From: Chiloscyllium plagiosum
Lineage: Eukaryota
Direction: 5' to 3'
NCBI RefSeq assembly: GCF_004010195.1
Contig: NC_057719.1
Location: forward strand, 13,883,753 to 13,935,472
DNA: 51,720 nucleotides
The notes below the pieces were generated by a model that saw only the letters and a list, made by a program, of their open reading frames with translations, had not been told where the DNA came from and searched no databases. Shown here in pieces: positions 1 to 11,508 of this stretch. Each line of letters begins with the position of its first letter. Within the stretch, counting starts at the first letter, position 1. A program made the position numbers and the translations under genes.

Positions 1-60
1 AAAGCTAGTGTGCTTCCAATTAAACCTGTTGGACTATAACCTGGTGTTGTGTGATTTTTA
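1..60 (+). mobile_element. Partial Penelope-like pLTR (family A) cut by the window edge
   Basis: Identical to 794-853 of the next element (AAAGCTAGTGTGCTTCCAATTAAACCTGTTGGACTATAACCTGGTGTTGTGTGATTTTTA). Confidence 0.75.
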
Positions 61-93
61 GCTCTGCCCAAGACAGCAAGAAATTACAGAGTT

Positions 94-891
94 AAAAATC
101 ACACAACACCAGGTTATAGTCCAACAGGTTTAATTGGAAGCACACTAGCTTTCGGAGTGGCGCTCCTTCATCAGGTGATAGTGGAGGGCTCGATCGTAAC
201 AGAATTTATAGCAAAAATTTACAGTGTGATGTAACTGAAATTATACATTGAAAAATTGATTGCCTGTTAAGCCTTTCATCTGTTAGAATACAGTGATAGT
301 TTCACTTTTTTCATTTGTAAATCACAACCTTTTTTAAAAAGTTGCATTCTTGGGTTAGCTGTTAACAATGGTGACAGCAAGACATTGTAACTCTGCATTG
401 TACTATGCTCAAATACTGCATGCATTCATGTAGAACTCTGAGCTCAAAAACTGCATGGATTTATGTAAAACTCCGTTATCTCACTTTTTAGATTGGAATC
501 AATCTAAACATCATGCATAGACAGAGAGGAAGGTGGCTAACATCTTCAACATAATTGTCTAGCTATCACCATTGTTAACAGCTAACCCGAGAATGCAACT
601 TTTAAAAAAAAGGGTTTTGTGATTTACACATGAAAGAAGTGAAACTATCACTGTATTCTAACAGATGAAATGCTTAACAGACAATCAATTTTTCAATGTA
701 TAATTTCAGTTACATCATACTGTAAATTTTTGCTATAAATTCTGTGTTACGATTGAGCCCTCCACTATCACCTGATGAAGGAGCGTCGCTCCGAAAGCTA
801 GTGTGCTTCCAATTAAACCTGTTGGACTATAACCTGGTGTTGTGTGATTTTTAACTTTGTACACCCCAGTCCAACACCGGCATCTCCAAAT
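94..891 (+). mobile_element. Penelope-like element, family A, with ~290-bp inverted arms
   Basis: ~90-380 is the reverse complement of ~555-856. 17-bp TSD CAAGAAATTACAGAGTT at 77-93 and 892-908. Hammerhead core in each arm. Confidence 0.8.
769..803 (+). ncRNA. Minimal type I hammerhead ribozyme motif (family A)
   Basis: CAC-CTGATGA-A-GGAGC-gtc-GCTCC-GAAA-GC-TA-GTG: stem I CAC/GTG, 5-bp stem II, palindromic AGCT helix III. Inverted copy at 143-177 (-). Confidence 0.75.
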
Positions 892-2204
892 CAAGAAATT
901 ACAGAGTTGTGAACGGAGTCCAGTCCATCACACAAACCATCCTTCCAACCATTGACTCACTTCCCACTGCCTTCGGCAAACAGCCAACATAATCAAAGAC
1001 CCCTCCCACACCGGTAATACTCTCTTCAACCCACTTCCATTGGGAAGAAGGTATAAAAGTTTGAAAACACGTACCAACAGATTCAAGAACAGCTTCTTCC
1101 CCGCTGTTATGAGACTTATGAACGGACCTCTCAGAAATTAGAGTTAATCTTTCTCTTTAGCCGTAAGACTATATTCTGCATTCCGTTCTATTAGCCTGTC
1201 ATACTTATGTAACATATGTTTTGTCTGGTTAGTAACTCAGTACTTGTGACAATAATAAATGAAATCAAATTAAACCTCCCACCCAGTTCACTTACCAGTG
1301 ATCCTGATGCTATCACATCCCAGTTACTAACTGTGTGTAGTTGCGGCCCTAAGTTCCAGCAAGTTGTACGTATATATAACATGATATGCTCAGATGATGA
1401 TGAGAATTTTTTCTAATACTGGCAGCAAAATAACTAGATAAGTAGTGATGTCACCATCATAACCATTGGCTCTGATTTCCTAACTGATATTTGCCTGTAT
1501 TTATGCAGCTCGCCTTAAAAGGTTCACTCTATCACACATTTTTCTTAAAATGTGGAAACTTCAAAGCCAAAATTTGCCTCATTTTGCAAAGTTGCCTAAG
1601 ATTGAATCAAGAAATGCCTTTAATTTCAAAACAGGAATCCCTGCCCCTCTCAGCCAAACTATTAGCTGCAACTGATCCTGTAGTCTCTGAATTTAAATCC
1701 ATATTCATCTTTGTAATTGATGCTCTCCTTGATTTAAATAATCAGGAAGAACTAAAAATAAATAAACAGCTGTCATCACTATACCAACTGGAACGGTTAA
1801 GCACCCCAGTGTAGAATTAATTTGGTTTTTGCTTTCCTCTGTTTTGCTCTAAATCAGTGCTGGCAGTCTGAGTGATTAAAACCTATGCAAATGATGTGTA
1901 GCTGGGAGATTGCCTGTCACCATTTGCCCTCTGTTTTTTTTGTTGCACTGTGTAGAACGTTGCTACATGTCTTAATTAGAATGTTAGCAGCCTACAGTAT
2001 GTTTGCTGTACCTCACAATACACTCTGGGTGACTGTGCACCCTGCACAACTTCAATGGACATTGTCTATCGGAGTTATGGCCCCGGCATACTACCCAGCA
2101 CATAATATTCAGGAAATCTTAGCAAACAGCTTGCACTTAGACTTAAAGGGTCCGTGAGTTAGCTTATGCAACCTGTTCTAATACATCTACATTCACACAC
2201 TCCT

Positions 2205-2885
2205 GACAATGCAGAAGTAGGCTATTCAGCCCATCGAGTCTGCACCAATCCTCCAAAGATCATCCTACCCAGATCCACCACCCTGCTAAGCTTATTCCCT
2301 GTAACCCTGCATTTCCCATGGCTAATCCACCCAGCCTGCACGTCCCCTGGATGCAATGGGCAATTTAACATGGCTATCCACCCAGCCTGCACAACTCTGG
2401 ACACAATGAGCAATTTAGCATGGCCCATTCACCTAACTTGCACATGCCTGGACACAGTGGGCAAATTAGGTAAAAACAATGACTGCAGATGCTGGAAACC
2501 AGATTCTGGATTAGTGGTGCTGGACGTCGATTTTGAAGCTCCTTGGATGCTGCCTGAACTGCTGTGCTCTTCCAGCACCACTAATCCAGACAATGGGCAA
2601 ATTAGCCTGGCCAATCTACTTAACCTGCACATCTCTAAACACAATGAGCAATTTAGCATGGCCAATCCAACTAATCTGCACATTTTGGACACAATGGGCA
2701 ATTCAGTGAGGCCACTCCACATAATCTGCACATCTCTGATCTGTAGGAGGAAACCAGAACACCCAGAGGAGACCCACATGAACACGGGGAGAATGTGCAA
2801 ACTCCACACAGTCACCTGAGGGTGAATCGAAGCTGAATACCTAGCACTGTGAGGTAGCAGTGCTAACCACTGAGCCACCATGCCA
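2205..2885 (-). mobile_element. HE1-like SINE with an internal ~51-bp tandem expansion
   Basis: tRNA-like head at ~2820-2885 (-). The unit GGGCAATTTAGCATGGCCAATCCACCTAACCTGCACATCTCTGGACACAAT is repeated about 7 times between ~2317 and 2740. Confidence 0.8.
2470..2590. mobile_element. Short fold-back PLE derivative (family B-related)
   Basis: TCTGGATTAGTGGTGCTGGA / TCCAGCACCACTAATCCAGA inverted arms, flanked by repeated TGGGCAAATTAG. Confidence 0.65.
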
Positions 2886-3039
2886 ATACAACGCTGGCAT
2901 CCACCTGACAAAGTGGAAGATCACTTTAAAAAGATGAGACAAGTACAACCCACGTAATTAGTGCCTCAACAGTCCATTCTTGATCATCGGCAAAGGGGTG
3001 GCTGGTGTTATGACAGTGTTCACGTAGTAATCACCCTGC

Positions 3040-3860
3040 TCACCATCAGACTGTCCCAGATCTCATTACAGGATTAGTCCAAACACAGACAAAAGAAATT
3101 AATTGCAGAAGTGAGGCTGGAGTGACTTTACTTTACTTCAAGGCAGCATTTGAATGAGCCCGAGCAAAATGTGAAGTCAATGGGTAGAAGGCAGAAAGTC
3201 CCTGCTGGTTGACTTTATATAGAATGAAGACAAACAATCATGGTTGGTGGAAATTAGTCTTCTCAATTCCAAACATCTCTGAGGGTGATGCCCTCAAACG
3301 TCTTCCTTTCCTGCAAAAAATAACATTGCCTCCACGATAAGGTGAGAAGTGAATTAAACTGATTTAACTTTATTGTCACATGTACTCACATGAGTACAGT
3401 GAAAAGTTAACAAGTCGCCTTGAGTGAAGTGAACAAGCCACAGGAATCCTGTGGGTTACAAAGCAGGTCAGAGGCTGGGAATTATGTGACGAATCTGACT
3501 CCAACAAGGCACAAGTCAGGAGGGTGATGGGATACTCTCCACTTGCCTGGATAATAGTAACCGCAAACGCATTTAGGGTGCCTGTTACAACTGGGACCAA
3601 GCATTTTGTTTCATTGGCTCCATATCTACCGCCTTGAACATTTCCATGTTCAAACACCAACACACAACGTGTACCATTTGCAAGACGCACTGCCACAAAT
3701 CACCAAGACTCCTTCCCAACCCACTTCCATTGAGAAGGACAAAGCAGAAACTGTTTGGGAACACCATCAACTTCCAAACCACACAACATCCTGATTAGGA
3801 ACCATATTGCCACTCCTTTGCTATCACTGGATCAAAAACATGGAATTTGCTTACTAACTG
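3040..3860 (+). mobile_element. Degraded CR1/L2-group LINE fragment (second family)
   Basis: AAGGCACAAGTCAGGAGGGTGATGGGATACTCTCCACTTGCCTGG (KAQVRRVMGYSPLAW-like). Related to 34920-35880; its tail resumes at ~4800-4920. Confidence 0.5.
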
Positions 3861-3861
3861 C

Positions 3862-4512
3862 TTTTTGCCATTTATATAAACGATTTGGATGTGAACATAG
3901 GAGCTAACATTAATAAGCTTACAGATGACACCAAAACAGAGGTGTAGTGGACAGTGAAGAAGGTTATCTCAGAGTACAATGGGATCCTGATGGGCCAATG
4001 GGCTGAGGAGTGGCAGATTTAATTTGGATAAATGCAAGGTGCTACATTTTGGAAAGGCAAATTAGGGCAGGATTTAGACACTTAATGGTAAGGTCATTGG
4101 GAGTGTTGCTGAAAATTGAGACCTTGGAGTGCAGGTTCATAGTTCCTTGAAAGTGGAGTTGCAGATAGGTAGGATAATGAAAAAGACATTTGGTATGCCT
4201 GCATTTATTGGTCAGTAAATTGACAAGATCTTTTTCCTGTGGTAGGTGAGTCCAAAACTAAAGGGTTTTGGTGAGAGGGAAAAGATGGAAAAGGGATCTC
4301 AGGGACAACTTTTTCATGTAGAGGGTGGTGAGTGTATGGGATGAGCTGCCAGAGGAAGTGCTGGAGGCTGGTACAATTACAACATTTAAAAGGCATCTAG
4401 ATGAATAGGAAGGGTTTAGGGCAATATAGTCCAAGTGCTGGCAAATGGGACTAGATTAATTTAATATATCTGGTTGGCATGGACGAGTTGGACTGTTTCT
4501 GTGCTGTACACC
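3862..4512 (+). mobile_element. CR1/HER1-like LINE 3' fragment
   Basis: RT-region remnant (IYINDLD..DDTK) and the conserved 3' UTR GGCATGGACGAGTTGGAC..GTGCTGTAC. Confidence 0.8.
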
Positions 4513-4773
4513 TTAGATTAGATTAGATTACTTAGATTATTTACAGTGTGAAAACAGGCCCTTCGGCCCAACAAGTCCACACTGACCCACCGAAGCGCAA
4601 CCTACCCAGATCCATTCCCCTACATTTACCCTTTCACCTAACACTACAGGCAATTTAGCATGGCCAATTCACCTAACCTGCACATTTTTGGACTGTGGGA
4701 GGAAACCGGAGCACCCGGAGGAAACCCACACAGACACGGGGAGAACATGCAAACTCCACACAGTCAGTCGCCT
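4513..4773 (-). mobile_element. 5'-truncated HE1-like SINE
   Basis: (TAGAT)n tail and SINE body matching other copies; head absent. Confidence 0.85.
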
Positions 4774-5579
4774 CTATGACTCTATAACGCCGTTGTGGTT
4801 GTATCTCAACAACTTAAACTGCAACAGTTCAAGAAGACACCTCACCACCTACCTTCTCATGTTTAATTAATGATGGGCTATAAATAATGGCCTTGCCAGT
4901 GATATTCACATGCCATGAACAAATTAAAAAAGATTGATTTGTGTGCATCCGCTGTCCACTACATTTCATGCACCCTTTGCTCTTCACAGATCATGACTAA
5001 TGCAATTTCCATTGTCAAACAGAGCCAATAATTTTAATTCTATGCCTTAAAATCTCTCCTGCAGCACAAAACATTGTCACGGAGGGCTGCCTCAGAATAA
5101 AAAGTAGGTCTGGTCTGAAACTCCCTATATTTCCTGTTGGACTGATGGGACTAAAGCTTTAGCTGAACAAAGATTTGAAATTCCTCAGATCCACATGGGT
5201 GTGGTAATGTCACTGGGCTTGTAAGCTAGAGGTTAAAATTCATATTTGCCATCCTGTGGAGTTCAGAACCTCACCAGAACACCACCAGCCTCAAGTTCCC
5301 CTCCAAGCCACTCACCATCCTAAATTGGAAATATATCCACTTTCCTTCATTATTGCAGGCACTAACTCCTGGAATTCCCTTCTTAATGAGATTGTGGGGT
5401 TATTTACAGCACATAGACTGCAGCGGTTCAAGAAGGCAGCTCACGACCACCTTCTCAATGGCATTAGGGATGAGCAATAAAGGCTGGCCCATTTTTAATT
5501 CATTAAAACGATGCAAAAAAAGCCACTCACCCCATCATTTATGCACTGGCTTTCTGAGCATTTTGTCTCAGTGCTAATC

Positions 5580-6010
5580 TGTTCCCTTTTCTCCGCAGCC
5601 CTACATGGTATTGCTCAATAAATAATCATCTTATTCCCTCTTTATTGGAACCTGCCTTCACCACACTTCCAGACCGTGCATTCCATTCCCTAACTACTCC
5701 CTGTGTGGAAGCATTTGTTTGTCGTCTTACATTTGCTTGTTGTGCAAAACATTTTCAACCTGTCCCCCTCTGGTTCTTAATCTTCTTCAAGTATGAACAG
5801 TTTCTCACTACCTACTCTGGCAGACAACTCCTGATCTTCAAATTTGCTATCAGATCTCCTCAGAGCCGTCTTCTCTCCACAGAAAATAGTCTCTACTTCT
5901 CCAGTCTATCATTGTAACTGAAGTTTCTCACCCTGGAACCATTCTCATATATCTCTTCTGCATTCTCTCCAAACAAACCTCTTCCTTCATAAAGTGTGGT
6001 GTGCAGAATT
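5580..6010 (-). mobile_element. Old CR1 LINE fragment
   Basis: Degenerate reverse complement of the CR1 ORF2 3' end and UTR. Confidence 0.5.
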
Positions 6011-6039
6011 CAATTAACTAAATAAGGAATTAAAAACGC

Positions 6040-6170
6040 AATGGGTACTGGAGACCATCTTGTTCATTAATGTTGCTTGGAGAAAGAAGTCATCCATACC
6101 TGGCTTGGCCTTGTTGTGACCTCAGGTTCACTGCAATGGGGCTGGTGCCCTCAGAAATAGCCACTCCACT
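6040..6170 (+). mobile_element. Degenerate DeuSINE (SacSINE1-like) fragment
   Basis: Resembles the reverse complement of 24400-24485 and 36880-36960. Family assignment is from memory. Confidence 0.35.
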
Positions 6171-6474
6171 CCATTGCAACAAGCGCACTAGGAAATGAAA
6201 CAGGGAAGGAAAATAGACAATCTGCCTATTACGTTCTCAGGCACCAGTAACATCTTTACTGTTTCTGGGTAAAAAGCACGGAGCTCCCTCCCTAACAGTC
6301 ATGTGGATCAATTAAAACTGAACAGACGAAAGAAGTTCAAGAAGATGGCAGACCATAGCCTTCTGAAGGACAATCAGGGATGTGCAAAATATGCCAACCT
6401 AGTCAAAAACATGAATGGGGTTCAAGGAGTCAGTGAATAGATTCTTGTGGAGGGGACTCTATTTACAAATCGAG

Positions 6475-6826
6475 GGGGCGGCCCGGTGGTTCAGCGGTTA
6501 GCACTGCTGCCTCACAGCGCCAGGAGTCAGGGTTCGATTCCACCTTCAAGCGAATGCCTGTATGGAATTTACACATTCTTCCTGTGTTTGCATGGGTTTC
6601 CTCCGGGTGCTTCGGTTTCCTCCTCACTCTCAAAGGTGCGCAGGCTAGGTGAATTGGCCATGCTAAATTGCCCATAGAGTTCAGGAGTGTGTAGATTAGG
6701 AGCAGTAGTCAAGGGAGATGTAGAGTAACAGGGTAGGGGAATGGATCTGGGTGGGTCACTCTTCAGAGAGTCATTGTGGACTTGTTGGGCCAAATGGCCT
6801 GTTTCCCCACTGTAGGGATTCTATGA
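6475..6826 (+). mobile_element. Full-length HE1-like SINE
   Basis: A-box GGTGGTTCAGCGGTTAGC, B-box GGTTCGATTCC, LINE-like tail GGCCTGTTTCCCCACTGTAGGGATTCTATG. Confidence 0.9.
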
Positions 6827-7597
6827 AATCTGAACACAACCGGACGAATTAGGAGCAGAGGCAGACAATTCAGCCCCTCATGTCTGCTCTGCCAGTCAAT
6901 AAGATATGTGCAATCTGTTTGTAAGACCGTAAGATGGAGAATCATAAGTAGGCCATTCAGCCCCATCTCTGCCATTCAATAAGATCATGGCTGATCTGAT
7001 AATCCTCAAAACTATTTTCTCCCCTTTAATTCCCTGACTGATTACAAATCCGTCTATTTTAGCCTTGAATATACTTAATGACCCAGCTTTGTCTGCCCTC
7101 CATTGAAAGAATTGCACAAATTCACTACCTTTCCAGAGAAGAAATTTCCTCTCATCTCTGTTTTAGAGGGGTGACCCCTTATTCTGACCTTAGACTCTTC
7201 TATAAGCAGAAAGAGCCACTAACTTATTAATACCTATGTCCACCCTGCCAAGTCCCGTAAGAATTGTGTATGCTTCACTTAAGTTCTCTTCTCATTCTTC
7301 TAAACTCCAATGAGTACATGTCCAGCTTACTCAACATCTCCTCATTAATCGATCCCTCCATCCCCAAGACCAACCTAGTGAACAATCTCTGGACTATCTC
7401 CAATGCCAGTATATCTTTCTTTAGATAAGCAAACTAAAACTGTCAAAGCACATAACCTCATATTCCATCTACCAAGTTTTTGTCTGCTCACTTAACCTGT
7501 CTACATCCTTCCATAGACTGTCTGTGTCATCAATTTTTGTGTCATTCACAAACGTAGTATATTTACTTTCCTCATCCAAGTCATCAGTATATATTGC

Positions 7598-8046
7598 AAG
7601 GAGTCCAAGGACCTGCATGTCCTTGGTGGAGTGGAAGGGGGAGTTGAAGTGTTGAGCCATGGGGTGGTTGGGTTGGTTGGTCCGGGTGTCCCAGAGGTAT
7701 TCTCTGAAATGTTCCGCAAGTAGCCGGCCTGTCTCCCCAATATAGAGGAGGCCACATCCGCTGCACCCAATCTGCTCCCCCTCCCACTCCATCAAGGACA
7801 TGCAGGTCCTTGGACTCCTCCATCGCCAGACCATAGCAACACGATGGTTGGAGGAAGAATGCCTCATCCTCCGCCTAGGAACCCTCCAACCACAAGGGAT
7901 GAACTCAGATTTCTCCAGTTTCCTCATTTCCCCTCCCCCCACCTTGTCTCAGCCAAACCCCTCGAACTCAGCACCGCCTCCCTAACCTGTTTTCCAGCAA
8001 CACATTTTCAGCTCTGATCTCCAGCATCTGCAGTCCTCACTTTCTC
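7598..8046 (+). mobile_element. Penelope-like element with GIY-YIG endonuclease remnant, 5' part inverted
   Basis: Minus strand CSGCGLLYIGETGRLLAEHFREYLWDTRTNQPNHPMAQHFNS; plus strand MQVLGLLH..LRLGTLQPQGMNSDF. 15-bp TSD CATCAGTATATATTG at 7583-7597 and 8047-8061. Ends in the family-B pLTR terminus. Confidence 0.85.
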
Positions 8047-8174
8047 CATCAGTATATATTGTAATTAATTGTGACTGATTCCTTTGGCACTCTACGTCAT
8101 AAGTTGCCATCTTGAAAACTTTCCCTCCTATCCCAACTCTCTGTCTTCTATTAGTTAGCCAATCCTCTATCCAT

Positions 8175-8393
8175 TAGGAGAAAGTGAGGACTGCAGATGC
8201 TGGGGATCAGAGTCAAAAGGTGTGGCATTGGAAAAGCACAGCCAGTCAAGCAGCATCCGAGGAGCAGGAGAATTAACGTTTCAAGCATACATGACATTCC
8301 TGATGAAGGGCTTGAGCGCAAAACGTCAATTCTCCTGCTCCTTAGATGCTGCCGGACAGGCTGTGCTTTTCCAGTACCACACTTATTAACTCT
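8175..8393 (-). mobile_element. Fold-back PLE derivative, family B
   Basis: Inverted arms around ~8290. Degenerate HHR CTGATGAAGGGCTTGAGCGCAAAACGTC. 15-bp TSD CAATCCTCTATCCAT at 8160-8174 and 8394-8408. Confidence 0.8.
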
Positions 8394-9651
8394 CAATCCT
8401 CTATCCATGCTATTCAATCCCTAACATCATGGGTTCTGTCGTGTTAAGTACCCTTAGATGTGATACCACATCGAACGCTTTTTAGACATTAAATACATTA
8501 CAGCTACTCGTTTCCTTTATCTATCCTGCTTTTTACCTCTTCAAAGAATTCTAATAAATTTGTCATTTACCTTTCAGGAAGTCAAGGTGATTCTGTTTGA
8601 AGTTTCCAATTCCTCATTCCCATTTAGCCTCAATAACTCTTGATTCCGCTGTTGAACAGAAATCTATTGACCTCCATCTTAAAAATATTCAATGACATCA
8701 ACTTTACCGTCATATGAGGCAGAGGTCTAAACTTGCACAATCCTCTGAGAGAAAAGAAGTTCTCTTCATCTCTGTCCTGAAAGGAAGATCCCTAATTTTG
8801 AAACAGTAATCCTTCTTTCTAGACTAGACACACAAGAGTAAATATGCTTTGGACTTGTACCTTGTGAAAACCGTACAGAATCTTATACACTTCAAACAAA
8901 TTAACCCTCACTTTTCAAAAGTCAAGTGAAAACAAGCCTGTCCCACCTATCCTCAAAAGACAATCCACTCATTCTTGGTAGTAATCTAGTAAACCTCCTG
9001 TGGACACGTCCAATGCATTCACTAAAGTTGACACAGTATTTGCAATGTGGTGTCAATAATAACCTTGGATAACTGAAGCATAACATCCTTACCTTTATGT
9101 TCAATTCATTTCATAGTAAAGCATAATATTCTATCGCCTTCTTGAGTAAGCATTGGACTTCCACGCTAACCTCTTGTGAAGTTGGCAGTTGACTGATTTT
9201 CAAAACCCTTTCTGCTTATATACCGTGAATGACATATCAATTTCCTTACAATAACATTGGTCTGAAGTTGTCAGAACCATCAGATCTAGATTTAGATTCA
9301 TTTGGCTTTTAGTTTCTAAGTGCTTGGGTTAAATTGATTGGGTGATTCAAGCTAGTTGCCAAATTTTCAAAATGAGCCAAAGATTTCCAATCACACAGGC
9401 AGTTGATACATGTTTCACTTTCAGAACTGTCTCTAATCTGCGGCTGCTTACAGATACCTTTTTCTGTATAAATCATTAAGTTTAGAAAAGCACTTTAGCT
9501 CTTAAAGGGACCATGCACTCTTTCCTCCTTTCATTTATACAATCAAAATCTAGCTTCCTGCAAATCCACTTCACAGTCCTCTCCACAGCTTCGTAACAAT
9601 CCATATCTAGGAATGCTTGTGGCACTTAATGCTTCGAGCAAGGAAAATAGT

Positions 9652-9817
9652 GGGCGGCATGGTGGCATAGTGGTTAGCACTGCTGCCTCACAGCGCCAGA
9701 GACCTGGGTTCAATTCCCGCCTCAGTCGACTGTCTGTGTGCAGTTTGCACATTCTCCCTGTGTCAGTGTGGGTTTCCTCCCACAGTCCAAAAATGTGCAG
9801 GTTAGGTGAATTGGCCA
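9652..9817 (+). mobile_element. HE1-like SINE, 3'-truncated
   Basis: Intact tRNA-like head with A and B boxes. Confidence 0.85.
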
Positions 9818-9839
9818 ATGCGTCATCTTCGATATCAAG

Positions 9840-10295
9840 GTAACAAGGTATGAGAAGCTTCGCTAGAAAGTAATAGAAGAAACAGGGTTAAAACATTCAG
9901 CATTGCCTTTGAAAGTTGCCACCCAGGTAAATAGTGCGGTGAAGAAGGCATATGGCGTACTGGCTTTTATTGGTAGAGGAATTGAGTTCCGGAGTACTGA
10001 GGTCATGTTGCAGTTGTATAAGACTCTGGTGCGGCCGCATTTGGAGTATTGTGTGCAGTTTTGGTCGCCATACTATAGGAAGGATGTGGAGGCACTGGAA
10101 CGGGTGCAGAGGAGGTTTACCAGGATGTTGCCTGGTATGGTAGAAAGATCGTATGAGGAAAGACTGAGACACTTGGGGCTGCTTTCATTAGAGAAAAGAA
10201 GGTTTAGGGGTGACTTGATAGAGGTGTACAAGATGATTAGGGATTTAGATAGGGTCGACAGTGAGAATCTTTTCCCACGTATGGAGTCAGCTATT
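9840..10295 (+). mobile_element. CR1 LINE ORF2 C-terminal fragment
   Basis: ORF 9903-10325: [50 protein letters not shown]. Confidence 0.9.
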
Positions 10296-10441
10296 ATCTA
10301 TGTTCTATGTTCACTGAATAAGTAGAAAATTAATTGAAGTTATGCTAAAGAAGCCTTGCCATATTGTGGTCAGATCAAGCTGTAGTCTCTAACACTAAAG
10401 AAACACATGCTTTGTCTCACGATGTTGGAATCATTACACAG

Positions 10442-10545
10442 GGTTCTTGTGGCACAGTGACAGTGTCCCTACCTCTGAGCCAAGAGGTCAAGTCCAATCT
10501 GCTCCAGAGATTTGTAACAACATCTATATACAGGTTGGTTAGAAA
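10442..10545 (+). mobile_element. Degenerate tRNA-derived SINE, second family
   Basis: CTTGTGGCACAGTGACAGTGTCCCTACCTCTGAGCC; related copies at 12780-12848 (-) and 22653-22750 (+). Confidence 0.5.
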
Positions 10546-10646
10546 CTCTCTATAACAGTTGCATAAACAGTGTCAAAACTCACTCACAATAGTGAGGACT
10601 ATACATTTCTACAGGAATTGATTGTATTTGCATCTTCAAATCGGCC

Positions 10647-11508
10647 ATAGATTCCCTACAGTGTGGAAACAGGCCCTTTGGCACACCGACCTTCTGTAGA
10701 GTAACCCACCCAGACCCATTCCCCTACATTTACCGCTGACGAATGCTCCTAACCTACACATCCCTGAACACTATGGACAATTTAGCATGGCCAATTCATC
10801 TAACCTGCACATAGAGTCATAGAGTCATAGAGATGTACAGCACGGAAACAGACCCTTTGGTTCAGTGTGTTCATGCCGACCAGATATCCCAACCTAATCT
10901 CGTCCCACCTGCCAGCACCCGCCCCATATTCCTCCCAACCCTTCCTATTCATATACCCATCCAGATGCCTTTTAAATGTTGCAAGCATACCAGCCTCTAC
11001 CACTTCCTCTGGCAGCTCATTCCATATACACACCACCTTCTGCATGAAAAAGTTGACCCTTAGGTCTCTTTTATATCTTTTATGTCTCCCACCATAAACC
11101 TATGCCCACTAGTTCTAGACTCCCACACCTCAGAAAAGAGACTTTGTCTATTTATCCTATCCATGTCCCTCATGATTTTATAAACCTCTATAAGGTCATT
11201 CCTCAGCCTCTGATGCTCCAGGAAAAACAGCCATAGCCTATTCAACCTCTCCCTATAGCTCAACTCCTCCAACCCTGGCAACATCCTTGTATCTGAACCC
11301 TTTCAAGTTTCACAACATCCTTCCAATAGGAAGGAGACCAGAATTGCATGCAATATCTCAAAAGCATCTCTTTGGGCTGTGGGAGGAAACCCGCAGAGAT
11401 ACAGGGAGAACGTGCAAACTCCACATAGACAGTTGCCCGAGCCTGGAATTGAACCTGGGTCCCTGACGCAGTGAGGCAGCAGTGCGAATCATTGAGCCAC
11501 CGTGCCAC
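10647..11508 (-). mobile_element. HE1-like SINE split by a CR1 insertion
   Basis: Tail and body at 10647-10810, head at ~11365-11508. Confidence 0.8.
10811..11360 (-). mobile_element. CR1/HER1-like LINE 3' end
   Basis: (ATAGAGTC)n tail; peptides YCMQFWSPSYWKDVVKLERVQ and LRNDLIEVYKIM. Confidence 0.9.

Larger units (their letters stand above)
61..1272 (+). mobile_element. Rex1/Babar-type LINE 3' fragment, interrupted by the PLE at 94-891
   Basis: Translates to SAQDSKKLQ..NIIKDPSHTGNTLFNPLPLGRRYKSLKTRTNRFKNSFFPAVMRLMNG, resembling the Rex1/Babar ORF C-terminus. Tail GTGACAATAATAAATGAAATCAAAT. Confidence 0.7.
6840..9170 (-). mobile_element. Cluster of old CR1 LINE fragments interrupted by two PLEs
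   Basis: Minus-strand peptides IYTDDLDE..FVNDTKI and HCKYCV..RVHRRFTRLLP, plus CR1 UTR motifs. Confidence 0.65.

Noticed and set aside
94..891. Interpretation as a DNA transposon or MITE with long TIRs
   Set aside because: The arms are asymmetric (one has a ~35-bp extension), TSDs are long and variable, and hammerhead cores plus a GIY-YIG-linked relative point to a Penelope-like origin.
1491..2157. ORFs of 107 and 90 aa
   Set aside because: No recognisable domain; lengths are within chance expectation.
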